A stretch of 64,000 nucleotides of DNA from a virus, in the IMG/VR virus record IMGVR_UViG_3300028569_002586, positions 1 to 64,000 of that record; one strand, written 5' to 3'. Below are positions 49,193 through 59,738 of the stretch, one piece after another; within the stretch, counting starts at the first letter, position 1, and every line of letters begins with the position of its first letter. The translations under genes and the position numbers were made by a program. The notes beneath the pieces are model-generated. The model ran no database searches, had not been told where the DNA came from, and worked only from the letters and a program-made list of their open reading frames with translations.

Positions 49193-49798
49193 GTGGAAAT
49201 GAAATTTATTAAACTATATGAAGCTGCTATTAGCAGATACAACAGAGGTGGGTTTCTAACAAGTGATAGAGTTAAGTTTGTTGACGGTGTTTTGAAGAAT
49301 GACTTCTTTAAAAACCAGCCAGACTCCATCAAAACAGCTGTAAAATCACTGATTGACTCTGGTTTAAACCTCAGAGTGAAGAATGTCAAATCAGCAATGC
49401 CAGCAGTAATGGGTGCTGGTAATCCTGATAATTTTGGTTATAGCTTTTCCATTGAAGTAGTGCCTGAGATTGCTCCAGGTCGATTTGATTACAACAGAAC
49501 AGTAGTAGTACCTGCAAACTTTCTTTCCCATCAGAATGATGGCATCAATCTGCCTCCAGTGCCTGATCAGTTCAAATACGACAACAAAGTTCAAATTGAA
49601 CCAACAGAAGTGGAAGTACATGATACAAAGAATCATTACACACCTCAGCAGCAAACACACATGTCAGATCTTGGCAACAAAAAGCTTGCTACAGGTGATA
49701 GAGAGTTAACAGATAAAAATACAGTCATCCCCAGCTCACCAGCAGTGGGTCATAGGGACCCTGCTTCATACACTGCTCAATATTTACCGAAAAACTGA
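49193..49798 (+). CDS. hypothetical late protein
   Basis: TAAATA 5 nt before GTG; N-terminus MEMKFIKLYEAAI. Confidence 0.55.
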   Translation: MEMKFIKLYEAAISRYNRGGFLTSDRVKFVDGVLKNDFFKNQPDSIKTAVKSLIDSGLNLRVKNVKSAMPAVMGAGNPDNFGYSFSIEVVPEIAPGRFDYNRTVVVPANFLSHQNDGINLPPVPDQFKYDNKVQIEPTEVEVHDTKNHYTPQQQTHMSDLGNKKLATGDRELTDKNTVIPSSPAVGHRDPASYTAQYLPKN

Positions 49799-50734
49799 AA
49801 ATAGGCTTGGGTCTGCAAGAAGGATAAAACAACTAAAACAATTGATCTCTTGATCTGCAACAAAAGCTGATCTGTACAAATGTTCAGCAACAATCACAAG
49901 AAATTTTCTTTTTAAATCAACATCCTGTTCTTCTTCTTCAATATACTTGAAAAGATTGCGCAATAACGACACATAATCAGAATTGAACGCATGTTCATTT
50001 TCAATCAAAGCTTTTCTCAAGGCATTCACATTTTTAGCTTTAATCTCTTTGTATACCAATGAAACCAGTTCATTGTTATTGAAATTAGAAATGTTTAGCT
50101 TGCCGCTAACAGAGAACTTCTGCAATTCATTTATGCAAAATCTCAGATCAGGGTAGCATGATTTTACAAAATCAATTAAAATTGATTTTTGGTCTTCATT
50201 TATTTCAATCTTTTCATATTTTAAGATGGACACACATCTCTTCAAGACACCATTCAAAGGTGGAGTCACATCAAAGCTCTGACATCTGCTTTGCAGAGCA
50301 GGTATGATTCTGTATTTGTAATTAGCGGTGAGAATAAAGCGTGTGATGCCAGCAAACTCTTCCATGGTATTGCGGAGTGCCCGCTGGCCTTCTAAAGATA
50401 TGCCATCTGCTTCATCCAAAATGACCACCTTGATGTTACCATCAAAGCTCTTGGTCTGCGCAAAACTAGTGACCTTGGTTCTTATGGTATCAATGCCATT
50501 CTCATCACTTGCGTTGATATACAGGTATTGACACTTTAAAATATCATTAACAATAATTTTGGCTAGAGATGTTTTGCCCAGGCCTTGTTTTCCAGCCAGG
50601 AGGATGTTGGGAATTTGATTCTTCTTTGCAAAGCTATTGATAATCTCCAGATTTGTATCTGATACAACGAAATCTGTGAGTGTTTTTGGACGGTATTTTT
50701 CTATCCAAAGATTTGAAAAATCATTTATGTTCAT
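49784..50734 (-). CDS. DNA polymerase clamp loader small subunit (T4 gp44/RFC-like AAA+)
   Basis: WIEKYRP, GKQGLGKTS, INASDENGID, ILDEAD, QRALRNTME, ALQSRC. Confidence 0.93.
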   Translation of the reverse strand: MNINDFSNLWIEKYRPKTLTDFVVSDTNLEIINSFAKKNQIPNILLAGKQGLGKTSLAKIIVNDILKCQYLYINASDENGIDTIRTKVTSFAQTKSFDGNIKVVILDEADGISLEGQRALRNTMEEFAGITRFILTANYKYRIIPALQSRCQSFDVTPPLNGVLKRCVSILKYEKIEINEDQKSILIDFVKSCYPDLRFCINELQKFSVSGKLNISNFNNNELVSLVYKEIKAKNVNALRKALIENEHAFNSDYVSLLRNLFKYIEEEEQDVDLKRKFLVIVAEHLYRSAFVADQEINCFSCFILLADPSLFSVFR

Positions 50735-51183
50735 TTACCAGAGGAACCAAATCCCTTGTCACCGCGTGAAGTTTCCTGTGCAGTGCCCCATTCAACATGC
50801 ATGTGAATATTAAAGTATATGGCAAATTGTGCAATGCGATCGCCTATTTTAACTTGGTAGTCAGTATCTGTATGGTTGTAGAGCTTGACACCAGCATCAC
50901 CTCGGTATCCATTATCAATGATTCCTGGGTGTGCTGAGATGCCATGTTTGAACCCCAAGCCACTTCTGCTCTCAACTTTAATCCAATAACCTTCTGGTAT
51001 ATCAGCAAACTTAAAGCCCACATTTATCACACCACTGCCTCTTGCAGGTATTGTCTTGTCTTCAATGCTATAAACATCATAACCTGTATCAGATTCATGG
51101 TTTTTTGAGGGAAGCTTGGCATCCGGATGTGTCTTTTCAAACTTTAAAACAGGCATATAGGCAAGGTTGGGGTCTGCATTCAT
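50731..51183 (-). CDS. dut: dUTPase
   Basis: GYDV, SRSGLG, GIIDNGYRG, GDRIAQ, RGDKGFGSSG. Confidence 0.95.
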   Translation of the reverse strand: MNADPNLAYMPVLKFEKTHPDAKLPSKNHESDTGYDVYSIEDKTIPARGSGVINVGFKFADIPEGYWIKVESRSGLGFKHGISAHPGIIDNGYRGDAGVKLYNHTDTDYQVKIGDRIAQFAIYFNIHMHVEWGTAQETSRGDKGFGSSGK

Positions 51184-51237
51184 AATCCTATTATAATATA
51201 AGTTTATAAAAACTCAAACGTTAATAAATATTTTATA

Positions 51238-51714
51238 ATGAGTGATGAATTGAATGAGATGGTGGGTGATCTGTTGAACCAACTAAATGATGCGCAACAG
51301 GTTGCAAAAAAAGTTGAAAAAGAGAATAACCCTCTCAAGAAAGAGAATTTAGAAAAATTTGTTGTAGAGAGAGCTGGAACACTTGTGGAAGAGAGCCTTG
51401 CCATGCTGCAAAACGTAAAGGATTACATTGTCTCAGCTCCAGAGAATAAGGATGTAGCAGCTTTTTCAGATTTAGTTGCAGCCACATCTTCTGCCATTGA
51501 AACTCTTAATAAAATCTTGATGAGTGACAGAAGAAATGAAACACTTGTACAGGTTAAGAAGATGGATATTGATTCTAAGAGAGAGCTCAAACAGGAAGAC
51601 ACATCACAGAAGCTGTTGGCAACCAGAGAAGAAGTATTTAAGATGCTTATGAATAATGTTAAGGTAACTGAAAAACAAGCAATAGAAATTGAGCCTGATC
51701 TTCCCAATAGTTAG
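51238..51714 (+). CDS. probable terminase small subunit (T4 gp16-like)
   Basis: helical-hairpin core and C-terminal TREEVFKML resembling gp16 ST.ELQKML; late promoter upstream. Confidence 0.45.
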   Translation: MSDELNEMVGDLLNQLNDAQQVAKKVEKENNPLKKENLEKFVVERAGTLVEESLAMLQNVKDYIVSAPENKDVAAFSDLVAATSSAIETLNKILMSDRRNETLVQVKKMDIDSKRELKQEDTSQKLLATREEVFKMLMNNVKVTEKQAIEIEPDLPNS

Positions 51715-53366
51715 CACTTGGCAACACCATCAATAAACTTATTAAACGATTTAACAATCTTATCTCCAAAGTCTTTTGCTGTTTTCTCTAAAGTCTGATC
51801 AATATTTCCTAATCCAGAGAAATCAAACTTAGGTAGTACACTCAGAAGTTTATTGGCTATGTCATCAAAACTAACATTGAAATTAAAGTTAGGGAAATCT
51901 GATAGATTGAAGTTTGGTGGCAAAAAATTACATATAACTCCTTTGATCTGTTGCGCAGTATTGTATATGGACATTGGGTCGTTAAAGGATGGGAGCCCAC
52001 CATTTATTAGCCCTATGACATCATTTATCGATGTCCCAATTGTGTTGGGCAATAGGAACTGAGCTGTCTCTGTTACAAGACCGGGGATATTATTGCCCTG
52101 ACTAGCAATATTAGTAAGCTGTGACAGCAATGCATTGTCCTGTGATGGTAAGAAATTGGGTATATTAGGCATTTGTATGGCACTGAAGATGGAGTTTGTA
52201 ATAGGTTCTGCAGGTATTATATTAGAGAATTGATACCCAGGTATAAATTTGTTTATGCCCAACTGATCAGTGAATGATGTAATATATTTTGTAGTGTCAA
52301 CATTTAAATTGGAGAGTCCATCAGACAATTTTGTTGAAATTTCAGTTATTTGATCAAAAGCTGCAGGTATTGCAAGGTTTTGCACAGATGGGACACGATT
52401 TACACTTTGGGTGGATTGTTCTTGAGCAGATGTGAGCATATTTGAAAGAACTTTTTTTATGGTTTGCTTGGACCGAACATCTTTAATTTTATTTTGAAGA
52501 AGATCCATATTAACATCAGTGCCTTCCACATCCATTGCAAAGTAAGCATTGTCAATTTTCTGTAAATTTGATTTCTTGATATCTCGCAAATTACATGCAA
52601 TACCATTTGCTATGTTATTGAAATATTGAATGTAGGTGAAAGTTGTGCTGTACAGATCAATTAATCTAAGAAACACCTGGCCAAAGACTTGTGTGTAAGA
52701 AATGTAGTACTTGTAATCAGGTACTAAGTTGAGACCATGGGAGGTCGTGGCATCGACATATGGTGGTGTATCTGAGCTCACAAAATAAACATTGCGTAAA
52801 TTTGCTCTCATGAGCGCAGTTGTTTTTTTGCTCATGTCTTTTGTTAAATTGGATGTGGTTGGGGACACCTTATTTCTCAACTGTACTGGTATGTAGTCTG
52901 GTGCACCGTATATGGTACAGTACATGTCATAAATGGGTGTAACTGAATCATCAAGTTTATTTTCAGTATTAACCAGGGTGCCAATGGAATCACTTATGTT
53001 TTCAAGGTAGTTCTTCTTATTAGATATCTTTTCCTTGATCTTGTCTTTGATTGGTTGAATTAAGCTATCATACCTTTTGGACCAAAATTCTATGTATTCA
53101 TTATCAAGACTGGTGAATTTGTTGTTGTTTAAATCTATAAAAAATTCAGATAAATCTGTAACAGGGTCTCCAGACTGAAGAGAATTATAGTACGATAGGC
53201 TCACATTAACTTGATTTTCAATATCAGCTATTTGATCAAGGTAATCTGAAAAATCTTTTAGTAAGGCAATATCAGAGGTGTAGTTTATATCAGCAAGCTT
53301 GGGCTTGGTAGTTTTTACTACAGTTTTGACATTGGTCTTTTGAGCATTAAATTCTGGTGTAATCAT
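51711..53366 (-). CDS. hypothetical baseplate-associated protein
   Basis: 551 aa, ATGA-coupled to the gp27-like gene. Confidence 0.5.
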   Translation of the reverse strand: MITPEFNAQKTNVKTVVKTTKPKLADINYTSDIALLKDFSDYLDQIADIENQVNVSLSYYNSLQSGDPVTDLSEFFIDLNNNKFTSLDNEYIEFWSKRYDSLIQPIKDKIKEKISNKKNYLENISDSIGTLVNTENKLDDSVTPIYDMYCTIYGAPDYIPVQLRNKVSPTTSNLTKDMSKKTTALMRANLRNVYFVSSDTPPYVDATTSHGLNLVPDYKYYISYTQVFGQVFLRLIDLYSTTFTYIQYFNNIANGIACNLRDIKKSNLQKIDNAYFAMDVEGTDVNMDLLQNKIKDVRSKQTIKKVLSNMLTSAQEQSTQSVNRVPSVQNLAIPAAFDQITEISTKLSDGLSNLNVDTTKYITSFTDQLGINKFIPGYQFSNIIPAEPITNSIFSAIQMPNIPNFLPSQDNALLSQLTNIASQGNNIPGLVTETAQFLLPNTIGTSINDVIGLINGGLPSFNDPMSIYNTAQQIKGVICNFLPPNFNLSDFPNFNFNVSFDDIANKLLSVLPKFDFSGLGNIDQTLEKTAKDFGDKIVKSFNKFIDGVAKC

Positions 53367-54919
53367 ATGGTATTTTTGTTTAAGAATATGTCTTCATTTA
53401 AGTATGTTTTGACACAAACAACATCATTAAAGTAATTGGCGTTTTCAAATATGTGTTTGACATTCACTATTAAATACACTCCAAGTACTTTTTTATCAAA
53501 ATCAGAGCCTGGCAGGGATGTATCGCGTGTGATGGAGATGAATCTGCCTGCCTGTCTGTGAGTTGATCCTATGACTCTGAAGATAAACACATTATTATTC
53601 ATTACATAGTCATTGAAAAATTTTGATCTGCCAAGAGACAGGCGCTGATCTGCAGATGTTTCAACAGAAGCAAAAATATTTTTAGTATTTTTGTTTGTTT
53701 CTCTATAATTGCCTGCAAGAATTGTGGGGCTGAATTGGCCATTGAAACAATTGATGTAATTGTTTTGTAGTGCATCGAATGTCTGTTTAGAGGCATTGCG
53801 TTCGCTATCAATTTCAAATTGTTTATCATTGTAGCTGTAGAAATGTACTATTTTAGGCACAAGTTCATCTTGAGAAAAGAGACCTGCCATGTTATCAAAG
53901 GAATATGTGCTTATGTTTCCAATGGTTCTAAAGTAAGGAGCAAATTGTGGGCCATAATTTGTACTGAAATTATATGAAGATGATCCGTCTTTGCTTGCAT
54001 TGTAGCCAGTTATTTTATATTCTTCTAAAAAGTATACACCCGGGGCTCCTGTGGCTTTATCCACTGCATTATCAAAATATTTTTTAAGGCTTATGAGAGA
54101 AAATTCTTTGGGGTAGCGTTCAAATCTTAGAACTCCAGGATCAAAATTTGATTCTCTATTAGAGACATGACGAGATAACAGATAATTGAGACTGTCAATA
54201 GCTTTGTATTGTGCTGGAGCAGAAAAAAAGATGGACGTTGATCCTTCATCAAAATCTTTACTGAAAGCAGGTATTGCTCCTTCAGCATCATCAAAAGAAT
54301 TCTTTAAGAGCTCCTTGATTGCAGTACCTGTTTTAATTGCTCTATCACCATTGGACAAATCTTCAATGTCTGCTGTGTCTACTGTATTAGCTGTTGAAAA
54401 GTATGAATTTTTTTCACGTAAAATTTCATAATTATAATCCCAGAAATAGAATTTTTTAAGTTTGGTATTTAAGCTGTCCCCTTTGATATCTTCTTCATTG
54501 TAAATCGAAAACTCAAAAAACAGTAAAAAATGCTGCAAAACATCCTCACTGTAATTGTAACTTGTATTTTCATCGAGCTTGGGTAATACCACAACACGCA
54601 GAACATCTCTGCAATCGCCTTTGAGAAAAAATTGATCTGTTGACGTGTTTTGTGAAGCACCAGGAATATAGGATTGAGGGTTGCCTGTTTCTTTTAAATT
54701 TAAATAGGTTTGCTCCAGGTTATCAAATTTATTATCCAGTACTATGTACCCTTTGTGAAAAGGAGATTCAAAATCATCCTCAATGACTAATTGTTTGATG
54801 GAATCAGGGTTTACTTGCTTCAATCTGCCATCAAATGTCACCAGATGCACATTAAACAGGTAATAGTTGTTGTTAATCTGATAAGGGAAGTCATTAAATA
54901 AATTTTGATCAAGTTTCAT
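53363..54919 (-). CDS. baseplate hub protein, gp27-like
   Basis: IKQLVIEDDFESPFHKGYIVL; GSTHRQAGRFISI...GVYLIVNVKHIF; synteny after gp53. Confidence 0.65.
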   Translation of the reverse strand: MKLDQNLFNDFPYQINNNYYLFNVHLVTFDGRLKQVNPDSIKQLVIEDDFESPFHKGYIVLDNKFDNLEQTYLNLKETGNPQSYIPGASQNTSTDQFFLKGDCRDVLRVVVLPKLDENTSYNYSEDVLQHFLLFFEFSIYNEEDIKGDSLNTKLKKFYFWDYNYEILREKNSYFSTANTVDTADIEDLSNGDRAIKTGTAIKELLKNSFDDAEGAIPAFSKDFDEGSTSIFFSAPAQYKAIDSLNYLLSRHVSNRESNFDPGVLRFERYPKEFSLISLKKYFDNAVDKATGAPGVYFLEEYKITGYNASKDGSSSYNFSTNYGPQFAPYFRTIGNISTYSFDNMAGLFSQDELVPKIVHFYSYNDKQFEIDSERNASKQTFDALQNNYINCFNGQFSPTILAGNYRETNKNTKNIFASVETSADQRLSLGRSKFFNDYVMNNNVFIFRVIGSTHRQAGRFISITRDTSLPGSDFDKKVLGVYLIVNVKHIFENANYFNDVVCVKTYLNEDIFLNKNTI

Positions 54920-55281
54920 CTTAAATTGTTACCAACTTCATTTAATACATTCTTAACAGCATAAGGGTTCAGTATCTTCAATACAGTTCCTATGGCAGGT
55001 GCTTTGATAGGATTATCAATCTTATTAAGCAAACATATTAACCACCACAATTCAATGGTTTGATACACATTAAAACTTATCGCTGTCCAGGGCAATGATT
55101 GTTTCACTGTGATATATGTAATTTGTGTGTTATCAATATTGTCTGGAAAGTTTATAGATTTGAGAAGATTGTAATAGTATTGCCCAGTCTTCAGATCATA
55201 CACTTTAAAGATATTTTCATACCTCTGGTTGTTAAGTTTGGGCAGATCTTGAATAGAATTCTGGTATTTACCTAAATCCAT
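54916..55281 (-). CDS. baseplate wedge subunit, gp53-like (LysM-like)
   Basis: WTAISFNVYQTIELWWLICLLNKIDNP...GTVLKI. Confidence 0.8.
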   Translation of the reverse strand: MDLGKYQNSIQDLPKLNNQRYENIFKVYDLKTGQYYYNLLKSINFPDNIDNTQITYITVKQSLPWTAISFNVYQTIELWWLICLLNKIDNPIKAPAIGTVLKILNPYAVKNVLNEVGNNLR

Positions 55282-55327
55282 ATGAATTATTTATGAATAA
55301 ATGTATTTTATAAACTCATAGACCAGG

Positions 55328-56713
55328 TCAGATGAGGTTATTGAGTGCTTCTGAACTAGCCGTATTCTGTGGAGATGAGGCATTATCTGATATGAATGTG
55401 TTGTTGAAAAGGTTATTGCCATTGGTATCAGTAACATTCACTATATTTTGTTGTGCAGCAAGGTTATATGTGTAAGCCATGAAATTCTTTGTCTCAGCAA
55501 CTAATGACTGCAGGGTAATTTTGACTTGATAAGCATCAGGTATGATGGCTTCAATTTGTTGATCACTGTATGTTACTTGTTCACTTATGATCTGTCTTCC
55601 AGGCACAAAGCTGTTGGGTGCACCATTGGATTGACCAGATGTTGTGGGTGACACAAAGATGGAGTTGCGTTGAGGCAGTGAAAAGTTGACAGTTCTTCTG
55701 GATCCTTTGAAAGATACCTGCATGTCTGAAATATAACAGTAGGGTAGAAACTTTTGACCTGGTATTTCGACTTGATACAGCACAGGTGGTTCAATAACAG
55801 TACGATTCAATCTTGAAGGCTTATTTTGATACAGCAACAAGAATATTAACTGCCAATTTTTAATGACATCATCAAATGTAGCAGAACCAGTGTTGATCAA
55901 GGGAAAAGAAACTGTGAGTGATTCACCTGTTTGTGGAAAATTGTAGAATTTGGCTCTTTCTTGAAAGGAGAATCCAAAAGGTTGTTGAACAATGCCGGCA
56001 AGGGAAGCAAATTCAGCGATCCCGCCTGCAATATTGGCAAAAGGACTGGCAGGTGAATCATCACCAAATTGGTTGCTGCTGCTATTGAGATAATCCTCAA
56101 AATATGGTAGTATATAAGTGAATCCAGTTGGTTCTGTGATATAAAGATCTTTGTACGCCTTTAATAGCTCATTGTTCATTAAAAAATTATCATCATCTGT
56201 TGCATTCTTGATGTCTTGCACAATTTGTGAATTACCAGCTACATTTTGAAATGTTTGACTGCCTGCTTGCTGTAAATTGGATGCAAGGCCTTGAAGAGTT
56301 TTAAAGAAACTGGAATTAGCTATGCCTTGTGCCACAGTTGAACTGCTTTTGATGTAATCTATGACTCTGGATGTACCTTCAATGGAAGCACCAAATGATG
56401 ATTTGATTTGTGAAATTAAGGAGTTAGTTTTTAATCTTTTTTCTCTCAAATATATGGCTGGTACCTCCAGTCTGTTGGGTGTTCCTTTTTTGGAATATGT
56501 CCAATAAAAATCATTTACTACGTCAATAATTTGAGAAGATCCACCAGGTGGTTTTAAAACAGGTGGGTTGCTTTCAAGGACTTGTTGTTGTTGTGTTGCA
56601 AGTAGATTGCTATTAGAATTATTAACAAAACCGCTTACATTAGGCCCAGAACCAAGCAATCCATAGAAAGGATTCGAGGCAGTAAAGTCCTTGACAAATA
56701 AAGATTCAGCCAT
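55328..56713 (-). CDS. tail tube initiator/cap, gp48-like
   Basis: VSFPLINT...NWQLIFLL...PPVLYQVEIPG...CYISDMQV; between tape measure and gp53. Confidence 0.55.
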   Translation of the reverse strand: MAESLFVKDFTASNPFYGLLGSGPNVSGFVNNSNSNLLATQQQQVLESNPPVLKPPGGSSQIIDVVNDFYWTYSKKGTPNRLEVPAIYLREKRLKTNSLISQIKSSFGASIEGTSRVIDYIKSSSTVAQGIANSSFFKTLQGLASNLQQAGSQTFQNVAGNSQIVQDIKNATDDDNFLMNNELLKAYKDLYITEPTGFTYILPYFEDYLNSSSNQFGDDSPASPFANIAGGIAEFASLAGIVQQPFGFSFQERAKFYNFPQTGESLTVSFPLINTGSATFDDVIKNWQLIFLLLYQNKPSRLNRTVIEPPVLYQVEIPGQKFLPYCYISDMQVSFKGSRRTVNFSLPQRNSIFVSPTTSGQSNGAPNSFVPGRQIISEQVTYSDQQIEAIIPDAYQVKITLQSLVAETKNFMAYTYNLAAQQNIVNVTDTNGNNLFNNTFISDNASSPQNTASSEALNNLI

Positions 56714-56721
56714 AATAATAC

Positions 56722-58923
56722 TTAGGCAGGCATTCCTGGACTACGTCCTAGCCGGCTCCTGTAAGTTGATCCAGTATAAGTATCAGCATTAATAATATTG
56801 TTGTTTACTGAGTTGTTGACGAAGGCGCCACCTGTTCCAGCTTGATCTGCCATGGTCTCATTAGAAGATACAAGCTTTCCAAGCAGTTCTGTATGTTTTC
56901 TGTTCTCAAGTACACTGCTTTCAGTTAATTTTTGCTGGTCAGCAAAAGTTTTTTGAATCATTTCAGCAATTTTTCTGTAGTTAGCATCAATCTTGCCCTC
57001 AATGGAGTCAAAGATATTGGTTTTCTTAAAAGCTACTACAGTATCTTGACTGGAGAATGCAATAGGTGGTTGATTGGGACGGGATATGAAATCTTGCTGC
57101 ACTTTTGCAGGTAGCCCAGGCTGTGTAGGTGCAGGTAGCCTAGGCTGTGTAGGTGCAGGTAGCCCAGGCTGTGTAGGTGCAGGTACTGTGGTGATATTGC
57201 CTAGTCTATCGAGTTTTAAGTTGTTTAAATTCTCGATTGCACGTTTTACATCATCTCCACCGCCCATGCCAATGGCCTTGAATAAATTTTTAATTGATTC
57301 TGCGTTTTTATTCAATCGATCACCATCTAGTTGTTCATATTTTCTGATGGTTTCATATGGTGATTCTTTGCCAGTGACCCAATTCATGAATTTAGTAACG
57401 CCTCCTGTTAAAGCAGTTGCAAATCCGCCTATGGATTGCAGAGTTAATGCACCAAATAGTGCTGTGATGCCACCAGCAACACTCATTAAATTGCTGCCAT
57501 CCATTTTGGAGTACTTTTCAAACAAAGCTTGTAAGTCGTAATATGAATCCATTGTATAGTCTAATGCTTTGCCGATCATCAAAATGGAACCAGCAATTGC
57601 TGCACCACCCAAGAAGAAGACTCCTATGCCTTGAAGTGCAGCTGGACTGGCTAACAATCGTGCAGCTGCAAGCCCACCAAAGAGAGCAGTAAGTGCAGCA
57701 CCACCTTTGCCTATAGTCTCCCAATCAATGCCTTGAAATTTTATTAAAGCGTCAGCTGTGCTGTCAAGATATTTAACTACAGTGAATGCCATGCCACCAA
57801 CAGCAAAAAACCCCAGGAGATCTTTGAAGTTTGCTCCTTGAAATGATTTGCTTGTGAAAGTCAATGCAGCAAAGAGCCCAGCAATTGCTACTGCGCCTTT
57901 GCCTATGGTTTCCCAAGAAATGTTTTGATACATGGCAAAGCTTTCTGCTAGTTTTTTGAGACCTTCGGCAATTAACAAGAAAGCACCACCAGCAGCTAAT
58001 CCTTTCCAGCTACCCAATGTACCGGTTACTAGACTCAAGGCTTCCTTTGCTGCAAACCATACTCCAACAGCCACAGCAATGGTACTAATCTTATCAGCAA
58101 TGGTGAGTTGATTGAACTCTTTGCCCAATTCAATTAAATCATGTGCAAAACCTGTGACTGTTTCTCTTATGACTGGTAATTTGGTTAATAGTATATCTAA
58201 CAGCTTTGGCAAGGCATTGGTAAAGAAACTATCAATGCTAGTCATGACTCTATCGAACAAGCTTTTGATAGTAGCATCAAGCTCTTGCAAGAAAGGTAAA
58301 ATATTCTTTGATAGAGTATCAGCAATTGTAGGTAAATTTTCCTTGCCAGATCTTAACATCAGGTCTACAGCCTTAGCAATTTTTTCTATATTTTTTACAA
58401 TGTAGAAAGCTAGTGCCAATCCACCTGCAGCAAGTAAAAATGGTACAATCTTGTTTAATGCACCCACAGCTCCAAATGCACCGCCAATTATGTCGCCAAG
58501 GAAACTGAATATACCACCTTTGCCACCAGCAGCTTTCTTGCTATCCTTTGAAAGCTGATCAAAAAAATCAGGCAAAACTGTTTTTAAAGTTTTTTCCAAC
58601 CCTTTAAAACTTTTTTTATCAAGAGTAACCAGTAGAGGTGTTGTCTTGTCTTTGACTTGCTGTTTACCATCAGCATTAGCTGTTAAATCTAACTCTTCAA
58701 ATTCTTTTTTAAAAATTTTTGCTATTTTTTGAATCTTCTTCTTTTCCCTGCCTGTCATTTTATCAGTATCTTTATCAGTCTCAAGCGCAGAAACCATAGC
58801 AGCGGTAATATCTTTTTCAGAGAGCTGCTGAGGCTTGCTTTTGGCAAGCTTATCTAAAGAAGATGATATGCTATCAAGCTTCCTTATGAGAACTTCAAAA
58901 TCTTGTGGGTCCATGCCTATCAA
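56722..58923 (-). CDS. tape measure protein (probable start 58914)
   Basis: long Ala/Gly-rich amphipathic helices, repeated WETIGKG; synteny. Confidence 0.7.
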   Translation of the reverse strand: MIGMDPQDFEVLIRKLDSISSSLDKLAKSKPQQLSEKDITAAMVSALETDKDTDKMTGREKKKIQKIAKIFKKEFEELDLTANADGKQQVKDKTTPLLVTLDKKSFKGLEKTLKTVLPDFFDQLSKDSKKAAGGKGGIFSFLGDIIGGAFGAVGALNKIVPFLLAAGGLALAFYIVKNIEKIAKAVDLMLRSGKENLPTIADTLSKNILPFLQELDATIKSLFDRVMTSIDSFFTNALPKLLDILLTKLPVIRETVTGFAHDLIELGKEFNQLTIADKISTIAVAVGVWFAAKEALSLVTGTLGSWKGLAAGGAFLLIAEGLKKLAESFAMYQNISWETIGKGAVAIAGLFAALTFTSKSFQGANFKDLLGFFAVGGMAFTVVKYLDSTADALIKFQGIDWETIGKGGAALTALFGGLAAARLLASPAALQGIGVFFLGGAAIAGSILMIGKALDYTMDSYYDLQALFEKYSKMDGSNLMSVAGGITALFGALTLQSIGGFATALTGGVTKFMNWVTGKESPYETIRKYEQLDGDRLNKNAESIKNLFKAIGMGGGDDVKRAIENLNNLKLDRLGNITTVPAPTQPGLPAPTQPRLPAPTQPGLPAKVQQDFISRPNQPPIAFSSQDTVVAFKKTNIFDSIEGKIDANYRKIAEMIQKTFADQQKLTESSVLENRKHTELLGKLVSSNETMADQAGTGGAFVNNSVNNNIINADTYTGSTYRSRLGRSPGMPA
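57107..57185. repeat. 24-bp tandem repeat x3.3 (PAPTQPGL)
   Basis: gcaggtagcc(c/t)aggctgtgtaggt units at 57107, 57131 and 57155. Confidence 0.95.
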
Positions 58924-58948
58924 TACTTAGTAAAAAGTACCAATAGAA

Positions 58949-59716
58949 CTATTCTTTAAAGAAGAAAGCGGAATCAATTGTTATGTTGTATTTTTCTTGT
59001 GCGTCAACCACTTCTAGAAGTTTTAACTCTGTCTCTCTTACAGCAGTCACGTGTTTTACAAGTTTGTAATTAAGAGACATGGGCAGGGTTTCAAAGGTCT
59101 TTAATTTTTGATCAAAGCTGAGTGTGTTTAGATCAATCTTTACCATGTCTGTGCCACTTTTAAAATTAATTTCTTTAACATATTTGATTAGTTCAATGAC
59201 AAACAGCTCACCTATTACTTCTCTAAGCTTCTGCTCATCCTTAAGCTTGTCAAAAAGCTTTTTAACTTCTAGATTTATTTTGGTATCTTCATCCAATGTT
59301 GGTGTTTTTGTTGTTAAGGAAATGTCTCCTTCCTCGAGAATGGGGTGATTAGCATTTGTTGGTACATTTGCATTTGCAATGACACTAGTAATAGTGGTTT
59401 TAAACTCTTTGCCGTCCTTAGTGAGTGTAATGTCGTCTCCAACAGATTTTTTACGCAAGTTGAGAAGAATTAGAGGTTTATCTGTGACAAGGTATTCTTT
59501 TGGTTCTGCGCTGTTTGCTTTGATTATGTCATTGGTTGCTATGGAGAATGTTAATGATGCAAGCAAGCCATCCACTGCAGATTTGATTATCTCTTTTTGT
59601 TGCTTGATGTTGAGCGGGTGAAACTTGGCAGTTGCACCAGCAGAAGGCACATAACTCTCCACCCATTCAGAAGACACAATTTGTTTGAGCTTATCTAAGG
59701 AAGTTAAATCTGACAT
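58949..59716 (-). CDS. baseplate hub assembly protein, gp26-like
   Basis: YVPS...KFHPLNIKQQKEII...DKPLILLNLRKKSVG. Confidence 0.65.
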   Translation of the reverse strand: MSDLTSLDKLKQIVSSEWVESYVPSAGATAKFHPLNIKQQKEIIKSAVDGLLASLTFSIATNDIIKANSAEPKEYLVTDKPLILLNLRKKSVGDDITLTKDGKEFKTTITSVIANANVPTNANHPILEEGDISLTTKTPTLDEDTKINLEVKKLFDKLKDEQKLREVIGELFVIELIKYVKEINFKSGTDMVKIDLNTLSFDQKLKTFETLPMSLNYKLVKHVTAVRETELKLLEVVDAQEKYNITIDSAFFFKE

Positions 59717-59738
59717 TACTATTATTTAAACTAGGTGT

